From positions 13,646 to 77,645 of the IMG/VR virus record IMGVR_UViG_3300032332_001510: a stretch of DNA of 64,000 bases; one strand, 5' to 3'. The notes under the pieces were generated by a model. That model ran no database searches. It was not told the DNA's origin and saw only the letters and a list, made by a program, of their open reading frames with translations. The position numbers were made by a program, and so were the translations under genes. This DNA comes from a virus. Lineage: Duplodnaviria > Caudoviricetes. Every line of letters starts with the position of its first letter. Within the stretch, counting starts at the first letter, position 1. Positions 1 through 10,238 of this stretch are shown here, one piece after another.

Positions 1-1194
1 GTAGTCAAACAACACTTCGCGCAATTGCATTACACTATTAGGATTAAAGATTTTGCCACTAGCTTGCTCAAACTGTTTAACTGCATCAAAACCAAATACT
101 ACTTCTTTGGCAGTTTGAATCTGTTCGTCTAAGTATAGATTAGCTCTGGCCATACGGTCTTTACAAATAGGAATACCTACTTCTTCCATATCCATTAGGA
201 ACAGTGTGCCATCCACCAGCAAGTTTTTATAAACCCAGCTAATTTTAGGGTTAGCCTGAACAAGCGGCCAAAACTTGTGAAACAGTTCGTAAGTTACTGC
301 TGTGTCAATACTAGCATATTCACTGATAATATCAAATGGAATTAGGTCATAACTAAACTGCTCTTGTAGCAGGCCGTGCTGTGTGCAATAGTCACGTTTA
401 AATTCATCTAGTGCACTATCATAGTCGCCGTAGTCCGTGTACTTTAGTGCTAATTGCTTTAGGCCATGACTGTCAGTTTCGTCTAGTGCATAGTGCATAA
501 CCATAGTGTCATGTACCTTGTCCCTAGGAAAATCAATAGCAAGATGGTATCTAATCATTTTATAGTCAAATTTCATATTATGAAAAATGGTATAAAATTT
601 ATTGGCAATCTTTTGTAGGAGTTGGATACATTCCTCGTCCATGCAGTCTGTGGTAATGTACCGGCCCTGTTTAGCCTTGTAGGTTAACGAGACTCCAAGT
701 ACGTATCCGTCCCGTGGGTATAGTGCAGTTGTTTCCGTGTCCCAAGCCACATAACCTTGGGCATTGTCCAAGATTTCTTGTAAATAGGCTTTAGCTTGGT
801 TTGTGTCATCAATACCAGCAAAATCACCAGTAGTAGGTGCAGCAACACTATCATTATAATACTTGATTATCTTATCTACGGCTCGTTGAAAATCAGGCTT
901 GCCTTCAGGTTTAAATGCCAACATAGCTGGATTTGTAATTGGCACAAACTTTTCCGCAACTAACTGACCAGCGTAGTTTGTTACACTGGTAACTTTAGCG
1001 TACTCTTTAGCAGCCTCAGCGCCTACTAGGATGATGAGATCATACGGCTTAGGGTCGAACTCTAGTGTAACGTCTTTTTTCAATAATTTTGTAATTGGCA
1101 CCTGACTCATATGAAAATGTTCAAACTCAAACGGAAAATACTCCCTGTAGTTTGTACGATTAGGTGCTTTATCAATTAGGGCGACTCGTTTCAT
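1..1194 (-). CDS. polA: DNA polymerase, family A (T5-like), N-terminal part; runs off window start
   Basis: Hand translation from ATG at 1194 (MKRVALIDKAPNRTNY...) is open to base 1. It has 3'-5' exonuclease motifs WDTETT, IFHNMKFD and HDTMVMHY. Confidence 0.9.
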   Translation of the reverse strand, partial: MKRVALIDKAPNRTNYREYFPFEFEHFHMSQVPITKLLKKDVTLEFDPKPYDLIILVGAEAAKEYAKVTSVTNYAGQLVAEKFVPITNPAMLAFKPEGKPDFQRAVDKIIKYYNDSVAAPTTGDFAGIDDTNQAKAYLQEILDNAQGYVAWDTETTALYPRDGYVLGVSLTYKAKQGRYITTDCMDEECIQLLQKIANKFYTIFHNMKFDYKMIRYHLAIDFPRDKVHDTMVMHYALDETDSHGLKQLALKYTDYGDYDSALDEFKRDYCTQHGLLQEQFSYDLIPFDIISEYASIDTAVTYELFHKFWPLVQANPKISWVYKNLLVDGTLFLMDMEEVGIPICKDRMARANLYLDEQIQTAKEVVFGFDAVKQFEQASGKIFNPNSVMQLREVLFDY

Positions 1195-1214
1195 TGATTC
1201 TCCAGTAATACTTT

Positions 1215-1243
1215 ATTATAGCGTATTTGGCTAGTAAAGTCAA
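1215..1243 (-). promoter_or_regulatory. sigma70-type promoter for DNA polymerase
   Basis: TTGACT-17 nt-TATAAT on the minus strand. Confidence 0.8.
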
Positions 1244-1244
1244 G

Positions 1245-2096
1245 TTATTTTTTAATATATTCCGAAATGCTTTGCACATCAATCTGATCTAATTCGCCAG
1301 GATCTGTTCCGTCCGGCAATTTAATAATCTCTACTATAAACTCTAGTTCTTCAAGGGTTAGCTTTAAAGTTTCTGCTGCTTTTTCACCAGCACTATCGCC
1401 ATCAAACAAAATATATATGTGCGTAACGCCTTGTACCTTATAAGGAAATAATTTTAACTTTGTATCTGCTTGTAGGGTATTTGTACCAAAGGTACACGCA
1501 ACATTTTTTAAACCCTTGTCGTATAAGTTTAGCATATCAAATATTCCTTCCACTAATACCAAGCTTTTATGTCCGCTGGGTATTTGTGGAGGAAATAGTG
1601 GAATTTGCACTTTACTAGGATAATTAATATATCTAGGATTACCATTGCTCAGTGTATGCCTAGCAACATAAACTACGGTTTTACCAGTTATATCTTTTAT
1701 AGGAAATATAATTCTGTCTTGTAGTTTTTCTACTTGGTGTGTGTAAAAAGCTTCAAAGTGCTTTAGTGTTTGCTGACTAATTCCACGAAAAGTTTTAGTA
1801 TAGGGTGTAGCACCCGCAGGAAGATCTAATCCTACTGCCTGAGTTTTTAAATCTTGCAGTTTTTCTTTTAGTTTAGCTATTTTTATAGGTATAGGATTGG
1901 TAAAAACCCCATAATATTTAAATATATTGGTTTTAAAACCACAACTAAAACAGTGTGCTATTCCACTTATGCGATCTACACGAAAACTAGGATTTGTATC
2001 CGGGTGCTCTGGATTTAAACATTTGATTAAGTAATCTCGACCGGACACCTGGAATTGCAATCCGTTTTTTTGAATCAAGTCTAAAACGGGATCCAT
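1245..2096 (-). CDS. DNA primase (Zn finger + TOPRIM)
   Basis: CLNPEHPD...HCFSCG Zn finger; LVEGIFD and FDGD TOPRIM motifs. Start placed at MDPVL, directly after the helicase stop. Confidence 0.9.
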   Translation of the reverse strand: MDPVLDLIQKNGLQFQVSGRDYLIKCLNPEHPDTNPSFRVDRISGIAHCFSCGFKTNIFKYYGVFTNPIPIKIAKLKEKLQDLKTQAVGLDLPAGATPYTKTFRGISQQTLKHFEAFYTHQVEKLQDRIIFPIKDITGKTVVYVARHTLSNGNPRYINYPSKVQIPLFPPQIPSGHKSLVLVEGIFDMLNLYDKGLKNVACTFGTNTLQADTKLKLFPYKVQGVTHIYILFDGDSAGEKAAETLKLTLEELEFIVEIIKLPDGTDPGELDQIDVQSISEYIKK

Positions 2097-2098
2097 CT

Positions 2099-3481
2099 CT
2101 ATGCGTTCCAAGGTAAATCAGTTGCGAGTTCTTGTGTTTGATTATCTTTTTTGCCCCCTGTTTTTTTAACAGGTTCTTTTTTAGATGGTTGATCAATACT
2201 TTGGGGGGATATTCTGAGTGTGTCCCAATCAATAGGGCAAGTAAATGCCATCTCTTTTCCCCCACGAATCTTTGTTGTTTCAAAACTAATTGCTTGTACG
2301 TCTTTTTCATGTGCTTCCATTACTAGCGCTATATCTGCTGCGTCTAAGATACCTTTAGCAAATCTTGCCTCACCACTAGCGTCAATTTGATATGGACTTA
2401 CTATTACTACTTCGTATTTTCTGGCTAAGTTTTTTAATTTCTTTGAAACCTCAATCTGGGGTTGCCAGTCATACTGACTATTGCCTTCTATAACAATCTG
2501 ATTAATATAATCTACTACTACAACTGCTAGTTTATCGCCAAATTTTGCTTTAGTTTTACCAATATGCAGGTCAATAGCCCCTAGGGTCAAGTCTCTGTCA
2601 TCAACAATAATCATCTGATTATCAGGCTTTAGTTTAAAATTTCTAATTAGTGTTTCTTCAAATTTAAATCTGTCACGATGTCGTAAAAACTCGTCTACTA
2701 AGCACTCTGCACCATCAAACATCTGTGATCTAACTTTAACTACTTGTAGCAATTCTTGATCTGTTAATCTATTTTGTTTTAAGTTTTGCAAGTTTACGTT
2801 AGCTAAGATTGCTAAGTTTCGTTGCATAGTCTCGTAAGCAGTCATCTCAATAGAAAAGTAAAGGCTACTATTTCCAGCCTGATACTGATTAACAAAAATA
2901 TTGCTACTAGTAATACTTTTACCGCTACCTCGTTTACCCCCAATAAGAATAAGTTCTTGCCTAGCAACGCCGCCAAGAACAGCGTCAAAAGTATTGTTAA
3001 GGCCAAGATACACACGTTCTTTTTCCAAATCTTCTGGATGTTGAAACATCAACATATCAGCCATTGTAAAAACTTTTTCGCTAGTATGTGTTTTTTCTTC
3101 AATTGTAAGCGCAATTGTAGCTAAATTTTCTTTTATTTCATTGGAGTCGTAAAGCGGCAGTTTGTCTACAAATTTATCCAGTAATTTTACTGTTTCATTT
3201 TGTGTATAACTATCAATAAGTGCATCAAGTGCTATTTCTGCACTTACATCTGGTATTTCAGTTAGCTTTAGCGTTGCTAGAGTTTTTGCTGCCGGACCTT
3301 CTCGCAGTGTAAGTTCTAAGTCATCAAAATTTGGTATAGCATTGTATTTTTCATAATGCTTATTGATAACACTGTACAAGGACGAGTAAGCCGGATCTAA
3401 AAATACCAGCTTCAGCTTTGCCCAAATATCCAGGCTTTGCTCTTGAAGCAGTTTATTTAAGACTACGGCTGAAACATCCAT
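2099..3481 (-). CDS. dnaB: DnaB-like replicative helicase
   Basis: Walker A GKRGSGKS, VVVDYIN Walker B, adjacent to primase. Confidence 0.9.
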   Translation of the reverse strand: MDVSAVVLNKLLQEQSLDIWAKLKLVFLDPAYSSLYSVINKHYEKYNAIPNFDDLELTLREGPAAKTLATLKLTEIPDVSAEIALDALIDSYTQNETVKLLDKFVDKLPLYDSNEIKENLATIALTIEEKTHTSEKVFTMADMLMFQHPEDLEKERVYLGLNNTFDAVLGGVARQELILIGGKRGSGKSITSSNIFVNQYQAGNSSLYFSIEMTAYETMQRNLAILANVNLQNLKQNRLTDQELLQVVKVRSQMFDGAECLVDEFLRHRDRFKFEETLIRNFKLKPDNQMIIVDDRDLTLGAIDLHIGKTKAKFGDKLAVVVVDYINQIVIEGNSQYDWQPQIEVSKKLKNLARKYEVVIVSPYQIDASGEARFAKGILDAADIALVMEAHEKDVQAISFETTKIRGGKEMAFTCPIDWDTLRISPQSIDQPSKKEPVKKTGGKKDNQTQELATDLPWNA

Positions 3482-3482
3482 G

Positions 3483-3782
3483 TTAACCTACCTTAGATTC
3501 ATTATCTATAAATACTTGGTCTACAATTTCTGTTACTTTATAAATAACTTGATCACGCAAGCGTTTAATGTCTTGCTGATAGCTGCTGCCTTTATCAAAT
3601 AGCATGCTTAATTGTTCATGCGTAATAAGCTGCTGTAAACCAAAATAGATATGATCATAGGCCATTGTAGAATCAGGCATTACTTTAACCTGAGCTAAAC
3701 GGCCATAGTTATGAACTGCTTGCTTTACTACTTCTTCCACAGTAAACGACTCTGAGTCGTGATAGGTAATTGTAACTTTCAT
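3483..3782 (-). CDS. hypothetical protein
   Basis: ORF in tight operon with helicase. Confidence 0.7.
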   Translation of the reverse strand: MKVTITYHDSESFTVEEVVKQAVHNYGRLAQVKVMPDSTMAYDHIYFGLQQLITHEQLSMLFDKGSSYQQDIKRLRDQVIYKVTEIVDQVFIDNESKVG

Positions 3783-3799
3783 TTACTGGTTTCCAAAGT

Positions 3800-3836
3800 A
3801 AAAAAGGCTGGGAGCCTATAAAAAACTCCCAGCCTT
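3800..3836 (-). terminator. intrinsic terminator after D5
   Basis: 11-bp stem AAGGCTGGGAG/CTCCCAGCCTT followed by a T run on the minus strand. Confidence 0.8.
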
Positions 3837-3851
3837 ATTGCTTAACAACTA

Positions 3852-4598
3852 TTAAGCAGCAGCTTTTGCTTCTGCTTTGGCTTTTTTATCAGCGCCTTTA
3901 TAGTCAGCAACGTTGATGCCACGACGGGTAAGTAGCGTACGAAGACCGCGCTCTGTTTTGTCAACTGCAGCTGCAATTTCTGCTACAGTCATACTGGCAA
4001 TACGCTCGCCAAGGGCTACAACAGGATCAACCTGATCTTTAGCGTGTGATTCGCGCTGTGCAGGAATCTTTGCAATTTGGCCTTTGCGTGTAAGGCTAAG
4101 TGCCTTGCCACGAACTGAAGCAACAGTTTTACCAAGAGCTTGAGCAATATCTTCGATAAACTGCCCGCGCTCAGCCATTTGTACAAATTTTGCTTCTTCG
4201 GCTTCTGTGTATGTGCGAGCAACTTCTACTTTTTCAGCAGGCTTTACTGAACCAGTTAGTTCAAGTGCAAGTAGTTTACCCTGAATTTGTTTAGCACTAA
4301 ATTTGCCACTAGCAAATGTTTCGGCGATTTGCTTATAAGTAAACACGCCAGCGTTATTAGTAACAAAGTTAAATAGTGAATGGCTTTCTTCATCGCTAAA
4401 TGCGCTGACCTTTTCTTTAGCCATACTAACAACTTCGCGATCAAGTTGACGTAGTTTAGCAGCTACACTACGGGTGGAGATTTCCAGCGATTCAGCAGCC
4501 GCTTCGACTTTTTGAACCGACACAGGGGATTGATTTCCAACGATTTTTAGTAGTTCTGCTACGGCTTCGTCAGACCATTTTTTAAGTTTTTCAGTCAT
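3852..4598 (-). CDS. D5: T5 D5-like DNA-binding transcription regulator
   Basis: Repeated HTH-like units (W.DE...L...VG..SPVS; SAKQIQGKLLALELT) as recalled for T5 D5; syntenic between ligase and helicase; start at MTEKLKKW. Confidence 0.75.
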   Translation of the reverse strand: MTEKLKKWSDEAVAELLKIVGNQSPVSVQKVEAAAESLEISTRSVAAKLRQLDREVVSMAKEKVSAFSDEESHSLFNFVTNNAGVFTYKQIAETFASGKFSAKQIQGKLLALELTGSVKPAEKVEVARTYTEAEEAKFVQMAERGQFIEDIAQALGKTVASVRGKALSLTRKGQIAKIPAQRESHAKDQVDPVVALGERIASMTVAEIAAAVDKTERGLRTLLTRRGINVADYKGADKKAKAEAKAAA

Positions 4599-5352
4599 AT
4601 GTTTTCTCTTGTAAAAATTGTGATAAGTTTTCGATGATTGTAATACCAAGCTGATCGGCTTTAGTACGTTTTGAGCTGCCTTTATTATCTTCATCAACTA
4701 AATAATTGGTTTGTTTGGTTACAGATTCAGTAACCTTAAATCCCATATTTTCTAGTGCTTTAGTGGCTTCCGCCTTAGTTTTAAATGAAGTTAGTTTACC
4801 AGTTATACAAACGGTTTTGCCGATTACATTGGCTACTGGTTTATTATCTGCCGTAAAGGAGAATGGCAAGAACTCCCTCATTTCCTGAAAATCTGTCTCT
4901 AGCCATGAGATTAGATTATTAGTAACTTTTTCTCCTAAACCTGCTTGTTTACACTGCTCCGGGGTAATCTCATCAATGTTGTTGACTACTTTTGCGAGTT
5001 TTTGTGCAGCTGTATTGCCTACTAGCGGAATACTAAAAGCAGGTAGGATGGTTGCTAAATCACTGTTGCGAGACTTATCAATTTCATCTAACAATTTTAC
5101 TGCAATTTTTTCACTACCTAAAGATTCAATAATTTGATCTAGTTCGAGATAGTAAATCTCAGTAACATCAGTTAGCTGAAGTTTCTCTAGTGTTTTAGCA
5201 CCCATACCCTTGATGCCCAGTGTTTTACAAAAATGCTCTAACTTTTTACCCAGCTGTGCGCTACAGGCTTGATTACGACAAAAAAGTTGGTCGTTAACAA
5301 GCTCTAGGGTATAGTCGCAACACGGACAAGTAGTTGGAATTTTGATTTTCAT
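4591..5352 (-). CDS. NAD-dependent DNA ligase, C-terminal subunit (Zn finger, HhH, BRCT)
   Basis: CPCC...C...C Zn finger, GIKGMGAKT HhH, VCITGKL BRCT. Confidence 0.88.
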   Translation of the reverse strand: MKIKIPTTCPCCDYTLELVNDQLFCRNQACSAQLGKKLEHFCKTLGIKGMGAKTLEKLQLTDVTEIYYLELDQIIESLGSEKIAVKLLDEIDKSRNSDLATILPAFSIPLVGNTAAQKLAKVVNNIDEITPEQCKQAGLGEKVTNNLISWLETDFQEMREFLPFSFTADNKPVANVIGKTVCITGKLTSFKTKAEATKALENMGFKVTESVTKQTNYLVDEDNKGSSKRTKADQLGITIIENLSQFLQEKTYD

Positions 5353-5418
5353 TGGGCGTTTTTCAAATTCAATAATGTATTATACAGTATAAGATGCTGT
5401 TTTGCAAGTCTAAATTTT

Positions 5419-6372
5419 CTATGCCTCTACCTTGTGCAATACGCAGGGAATAATTTCTCCTGCCCTGATAATAGCAACGGTATCTCCAATTTCCAGACCT
5501 AGGGCTTCAATGAATCCTGGGTTGTTAAGGGTAGCTCGGCTTACCATAGCATCACCTACTAGCACAGGCTCAAGGATTGCTACTGGCGTTACTTTACCAG
5601 ACTTACCCACTTGCCACTCAACATCCAGCAATTTAGTTTCTACATGGGCAGCACGCTCTTTGCGAGCATAGGCACCACGAGGATGTTTACTAGTATAGCC
5701 CAACTCTTCAAACTGGTGATTGTTATTGAGTCGAAAGACTACACCATCTGTGGGATAGATTTTTTCTAAGTCAGTTTCTTGAACCGTATTAAAACCAAAC
5801 TGCTTAAGCATACGCATATCTGCATCATAGGTTTGACCAACAAATGGCTGAACACCGTATGCAAAGAAAGTAATTGCACGAGTGGAGAATTCACTAGTAT
5901 CCTTAAGGTTAAGGGCACCAGCAGCATAGTTACGAGCATTGGCAATATGACTTGGAGCTACAATTTCACCAGTAACTTGTAGTACGCCAGTATACCTAAT
6001 AAAGTGCGGAACTAGACTAGTGCTACTAAGCAGCTTGTCAGTAATTACTTGACCCTCTACTCCATCACCACGAGTCAATGCTTGCACTAGCTGACCGTCT
6101 ACATATAGCAGGCTGATAGCAGCGCCGTCTAGTTTAACGCTCATGGTAACATCGCCCATGCCTGCTAAAGGATTAGGCTTGCCTTCATCCTCATAGTGCT
6201 TTTGCAGAGAATACATAGGATAGTAGTGCTTGCACTTAGTGCCTACAGCTTGTGCGCCTACGGCTGAATACTTTGCAGTTTCAGCTAGGCGATCAAACTG
6301 TTCGTCACTAATAATAGGAAAGCCTGTGTAGTAGGCTTGACTTGCTGCATCTAAATACTGTTTAATACTCAT
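5419..6372 (-). CDS. ligA: NAD-dependent DNA ligase, adenylation/OB subunit
   Basis: KLDG adenylation motif, LTRGDG, RNYAAG, WQVGKSGKVTPV, RAGEIIP. Confidence 0.92.
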   Translation of the reverse strand: MSIKQYLDAASQAYYTGFPIISDEQFDRLAETAKYSAVGAQAVGTKCKHYYPMYSLQKHYEDEGKPNPLAGMGDVTMSVKLDGAAISLLYVDGQLVQALTRGDGVEGQVITDKLLSSTSLVPHFIRYTGVLQVTGEIVAPSHIANARNYAAGALNLKDTSEFSTRAITFFAYGVQPFVGQTYDADMRMLKQFGFNTVQETDLEKIYPTDGVVFRLNNNHQFEELGYTSKHPRGAYARKERAAHVETKLLDVEWQVGKSGKVTPVAILEPVLVGDAMVSRATLNNPGFIEALGLEIGDTVAIIRAGEIIPCVLHKVEA

Positions 6373-7001
6373 AGACCTTCCACAAATTCACACAAAAGTT
6401 CATTGTGACGACCACTATGCCAGCCTTCTAGTTCATCAAGATCATACCACCACTCTTCGCTTTCTGGATGACAGCCAATCAAACCTACACGATTTTGATA
6501 AACTGCCATTGCATCGCCATTGTCATAGGTAGCAACAATATCAGTAAAGGCTAAGTTACCAACAAAAGCACAACCATCGTAGAAATACATATCTTCTTCC
6601 TGACCATTCCAGTTTACGCGAGCAATGGTAGGCTCATCAGTAGTTACATCTGCATCTAGTTGCGTAATATACTGTACTGGCTCAATGCCGTGAAGAATGT
6701 CAAAATAGTAGCTACCTGCCCAGTATGCTCCCATACAAATGCCTAAGTATCTGCCACCATCGCTAACAAAGTTTCTAACTGCGTCAACGTGATCCGTATC
6801 AAAGATTTCGTCAAACTGGTCACTATCGCCAATGCCCCCAGGAAATGCTAGTACGTCTACGGTTGACAAAAATTTAGGGTCAAGGTCCTCAATGCCAAAT
6901 AACTTTACTTTAAACTTGTGCTCTAGTGCAGCTTCCATAGCTAGTGCACACTCAACTTCACACACAGGATCATGAACAAAAATAGCAACAGTTTCTTTCA
7001 T
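6369..7001 (-). CDS. BPL_N / class I glutamine amidotransferase-like protein
   Basis: FPGGIGD, GGRYLGICMGAY, GCHPE motifs. Confidence 0.7.
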   Translation of the reverse strand: MKETVAIFVHDPVCEVECALAMEAALEHKFKVKLFGIEDLDPKFLSTVDVLAFPGGIGDSDQFDEIFDTDHVDAVRNFVSDGGRYLGICMGAYWAGSYYFDILHGIEPVQYITQLDADVTTDEPTIARVNWNGQEEDMYFYDGCAFVGNLAFTDIVATYDNGDAMAVYQNRVGLIGCHPESEEWWYDLDELEGWHSGRHNELLCEFVEGL

Positions 7002-7051
7002 AATATTTCCTCAGTAGATATAATATATTATAGCAGATTAAATCAGTAAAA

Positions 7052-7339
7052 TCAAGTAGATTTTTCTAGTAACTGGCGTGCATAGGTTTCAATAATTTCA
7101 TGACCCTCAGCAGTACTACAAATATCAAATAGTCCGTCTAGCAAACTATAAATGTTTTGTAGTGATGCAGGAATACTTACGCCCTCACGACTAGGAATCC
7201 ACTCACCCTCATAGCTTAGAAAATATTTTCTAAGTTGTAGATAAGTAATTTCCTTAAAATCATTAACTACTAGTCTAATCTGAAAACCTTTGTCTAGATT
7301 TTCCTCTATTAGTTTTTCATATAGTATATTTGAGTCCAT
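7052..7339 (-). CDS. PC4-like ssDNA-binding protein
   Basis: YLQLRKYF...GEWIPSREGVSIP is a PC4 signature; T5 has a homolog in this position. Confidence 0.75.
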   Translation of the reverse strand: MDSNILYEKLIEENLDKGFQIRLVVNDFKEITYLQLRKYFLSYEGEWIPSREGVSIPASLQNIYSLLDGLFDICSTAEGHEIIETYARQLLEKST

Positions 7340-7962
7340 TAGACTTTAACCCCTAGTTCGCGTAAATGTTTAAGGCTTGCTAATTCACACGCAGGTTGAT
7401 ACGCGCTTTGCAACCAACGTTCACTAAGAAGCCACACTCTGTAAATCCAACCATAGTCTGGGTGTGTTTGCTCTGCTTGTATTTTACACATGGAATCGTA
7501 CCTGGCACTATATACCACTTCGCCTACAGCAAATTTATCCTGCATTGCGCCTTCAGGAATTAACTCAGGTTTAAAATAGTCTGGGCTGCTTTTACGAACA
7601 GGAACATTATACCGCTCTAATACTTGCTTAATAAGTTGCGTACCGCGGTAAGTATTTTGACTAATTTCACTTATGGTTTCTCCGCTAAGATAGCTTTGAA
7701 TTATAAATTGTACTTCGTCTAGTGTAACAGGCTTACCGCGTTTTTCAGCCCTGCGTTTAGCAGTCTTTTCTTTGCGATCTTTGTATGTTTGAATGATCTG
7801 ATCAAGCCTGGTAGTATTATAGCTCATGCCCAAGATTTGACAAGCATCTTTTTTTGTAATAGGTTTAACGCCCTGCTCTTTGGGTTCAAGCAGATCAATG
7901 ACTCGCTCAATATTAGCATCAGTCATACGTTCTTGTTCAAGCTCTGTGCGTTTACGAGCCAT
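7339..7962 (-). CDS. T5-like conserved hypothetical DNA-binding protein
   Basis: ITKKDACQILGMSYNTTRL HTH-like segment; syntenic. Confidence 0.6.
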   Translation of the reverse strand: MARKRTELEQERMTDANIERVIDLLEPKEQGVKPITKKDACQILGMSYNTTRLDQIIQTYKDRKEKTAKRRAEKRGKPVTLDEVQFIIQSYLSGETISEISQNTYRGTQLIKQVLERYNVPVRKSSPDYFKPELIPEGAMQDKFAVGEVVYSARYDSMCKIQAEQTHPDYGWIYRVWLLSERWLQSAYQPACELASLKHLRELGVKV

Positions 7963-8006
7963 AATTACTCCACAAATAAGAAAAGGCAGCACTAGGCTGC
8001 CTGTTT

Positions 8007-8366
8007 TTATGCTTTAAGTACACTCAAAAAGTAAACTGCTGCTTTGCCAGTCAACTTGCTTAGAATATCGTCATCTACTGGACCACCTTTAGCTTCAATT
8101 GCCGCTTTAAGATCAGCAATGCTAGACTCTTTGCTTACACGCTTAGGTGCATCACCAGCAGGCTTTTTATCACCAGCGGGCTTAGCTGTGGCGTCTTTTT
8201 TAACATAAACACCTGCTTGAACCAAAACCATACGAACGCCGTTAGGCGAAGCTTCGATTTCTTCTGCAATGTCTTTGATAATTTCAGTACTGGATTCAGG
8301 CGTTGGCTCTGCCTCCTGATACATTTTAATTACATTAGCTTTGAGTTCGTCATTCCATTGTGTCAT
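8007..8366 (-). CDS. T5 D3-like DNA-binding protein
   Basis: W.DELK..VI.MY...EPTPE.S.EI...IAEE; same overall layout as the A2 family. Confidence 0.55.
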   Translation of the reverse strand: MTQWNDELKANVIKMYQEAEPTPESSTEIIKDIAEEIEASPNGVRMVLVQAGVYVKKDATAKPAGDKKPAGDAPKRVSKESSIADLKAAIEAKGGPVDDDILSKLTGKAAVYFLSVLKA

Positions 8367-8375
8367 TATATTTCC

Positions 8376-8654
8376 TTAGATAAGTTCGGTAATTACATTG
8401 GTCATTTTACTGGGAGTAAACTGACGATAGTTATGTTTTAGATCGTGTTTAGCTACAAGCTGCATTGTTTCTTCGTGTTGACGATTTTTTAATTCCCGCA
8501 TTTCACGAGTAAATGCTTCAAATTCTACTTCAGGCAACTCACTAACATCAATACCTGCTACAAGTTGTGTAGGTTCTTGAGTGACAACTAGAGCACGCTC
8601 GCTTTGATCACCATTGGCTTTTGTGTACATAAATTGCATAAACTTCATTTGCAT
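8376..8654 (-). CDS. hypothetical protein
   Basis: ORF with upstream sigma70 promoter (about 8677-8705) and RBS. Confidence 0.65.
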   Translation of the reverse strand: MQMKFMQFMYTKANGDQSERALVVTQEPTQLVAGIDVSELPEVEFEAFTREMRELKNRQHEETMQLVAKHDLKHNYRQFTPSKMTNVITELI

Positions 8655-8708
8655 TCCTTTATTGCGACAGAAATAATATTATATCAATACTTGACTAAAG
8701 ATTCAAGT

Positions 8709-8966
8709 TTATTTTTCTCTGACCGCTTTTGTAATGCCTAAAAATGCACCACTAAAAAGCGGCGGAAATACTAGCAACCAAACTACTGCTGGGGCCAGTA
8801 CTGTGTTTACTATAAAAAAGATAAACAAACTTAGTAGTGGTGATCTAGTAAAATCGTTATCTATTCCATCCTTTCTAGCGTGTGCAATAATAGGCCAAAA
8901 AAGCTCATAAATAAGCGTTAGTGATGTTGCTAAGCAAAATATTGCGTAGTATTCAAATGCCCCCAT
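8709..8966 (-). CDS. small membrane protein
   Basis: two hydrophobic segments. Confidence 0.65.
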   Translation of the reverse strand: MGAFEYYAIFCLATSLTLIYELFWPIIAHARKDGIDNDFTRSPLLSLFIFFIVNTVLAPAVVWLLVFPPLFSGAFLGITKAVREK

Positions 8967-9333
8967 GCAACCTATCCCCCAACTTAAAGCTAACTTTTAA
9001 ATCGCCTAGAGTTTTAGGGTTAAAGGTTGAACGTAAACTAGCTAAAGTTTGATCAGCTATTTTTTGATTTGAACTAAAAATATCGTGTGGACAGCTACCA
9101 CATACTTGTCGCATTAGCTGAGCAATCTTAATCTTTGTTTTATTCCAGGGGTTAGTTTTAGGAGTTTTTCTGCGATAAGTAATGTTTTTTATAGCTAACT
9201 CAATTTGTTTTGCATTGCCAGGATTTTTTTGTAATGCCCGCAACAATTTACGCTCACGATTTGCTTTCCAAGTTTGTTTACTCTTGTAAAGATCGTACTG
9301 CGCTTGTTTACCCTTACTAGACGATTTCGCCAT
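8953..9333 (-). CDS. basic hypothetical protein
   Basis: ORF overlapping neighbours in operon fashion. Confidence 0.65.
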   Translation of the reverse strand: MAKSSSKGKQAQYDLYKSKQTWKANRERKLLRALQKNPGNAKQIELAIKNITYRRKTPKTNPWNKTKIKIAQLMRQVCGSCPHDIFSSNQKIADQTLASLRSTFNPKTLGDLKVSFKLGDRLHGGI

Positions 9334-9592
9334 AATTATATAGTCCAGTTATTATATAGTAATCATTATTGGTGTGTTTTGTAATCCTAACACAACCTGC
9401 TTCTTCTAAGTACTCTAAAAAGTTAAATGCACTTGTATAAGTTTTTAAATTAATGCCATATTTTAGCAATACTTGATTGACTTCAAACAGGTAGTCAAGA
9501 GTAATATCTTGACTACCAGTACCTAGTTCAAATAACAGTTCCTTGATAGGATTATCAATCTTCAAAGATAATGGACTCTTCGTGGTCGTCAT
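9317..9592 (-). CDS. hypothetical protein (start uncertain)
   Basis: ORF track. Confidence 0.55.
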   Translation of the reverse strand: MTTTKSPLSLKIDNPIKELLFELGTGSQDITLDYLFEVNQVLLKYGINLKTYTSAFNFLEYLEEAGCVRITKHTNNDYYIITGLYNYGEIV

Positions 9593-9866
9593 TTTCTAGA
9601 TTTGCTTTTAGTTCTTCGGCTTCTTCAAGTTGATGGTGAATACCATAGCAACGTTGAAGTGCTTCAATAAATGCAGGAACAGATTCAATGTCAATAGGAA
9701 CGCTACGCTCACAACCATCAAAAACCCTGACTTCGTTAAGACCGCCTGGATTGCTACCAAACTCTACACCATAGTAAAAGTAGTAATCTGGCTCGCTAGA
9801 GGTATAAAACATACCGTCATCATCAAGTACTGTGTCTCGTTCTTGTGATCCAAAATAAATTTTCAT
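9555..9866 (-). CDS. acidic hypothetical protein
   Basis: ORF, start MKIYFG, promoter upstream near 9906-9934. Confidence 0.6.
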   Translation of the reverse strand: MKIYFGSQERDTVLDDDGMFYTSSEPDYYFYYGVEFGSNPGGLNEVRVFDGCERSVPIDIESVPAFIEALQRCYGIHHQLEEAEELKANLENDDHEESIIFED

Positions 9867-9951
9867 GTGCTTGGTCCTTTTTAAAAACAATTTTCGAGAA
9901 CAAATATTATAGCAAATTAAATTGTGTTTTTCAAGAAAATAATTTTTGTGG

Positions 9952-10025
9952 TGGCAGGGATACTAGGGCTCGAACCTAGAATAACGAAATCAAAATCCGT
10001 GGTGTTACCATTACACTATATCCCA
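9952..10025 (-). tRNA. tRNA-Gln(UUG)
   Basis: Cloverleaf, GGTTCGAGCC T arm, anticodon TTG, encoded CCA. Confidence 0.9.
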
Positions 10026-10030
10026 ACATT

Positions 10031-10105
10031 TGGCTCCCCAGCGTGGGATCGAACCACGGACCAACAGATTAACAGTCTGCTGCTCTACCGCTGAGCTACT
10101 AGGGA
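10031..10105 (-). tRNA. tRNA-Asn(GUU)
   Basis: TAGCTCAGCGGTAGAGC D arm, CAGACTGTTAATCTG anticodon arm, CCA. Confidence 0.95.
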
Positions 10106-10109
10106 ATTT

Positions 10110-10186
<77 letters not shown>

Positions 10187-10238
10187 AGAATAAAAAGTCC
10201 CCAGCAGTGCTCATCAGCACACATCTGGGGACACAAAC

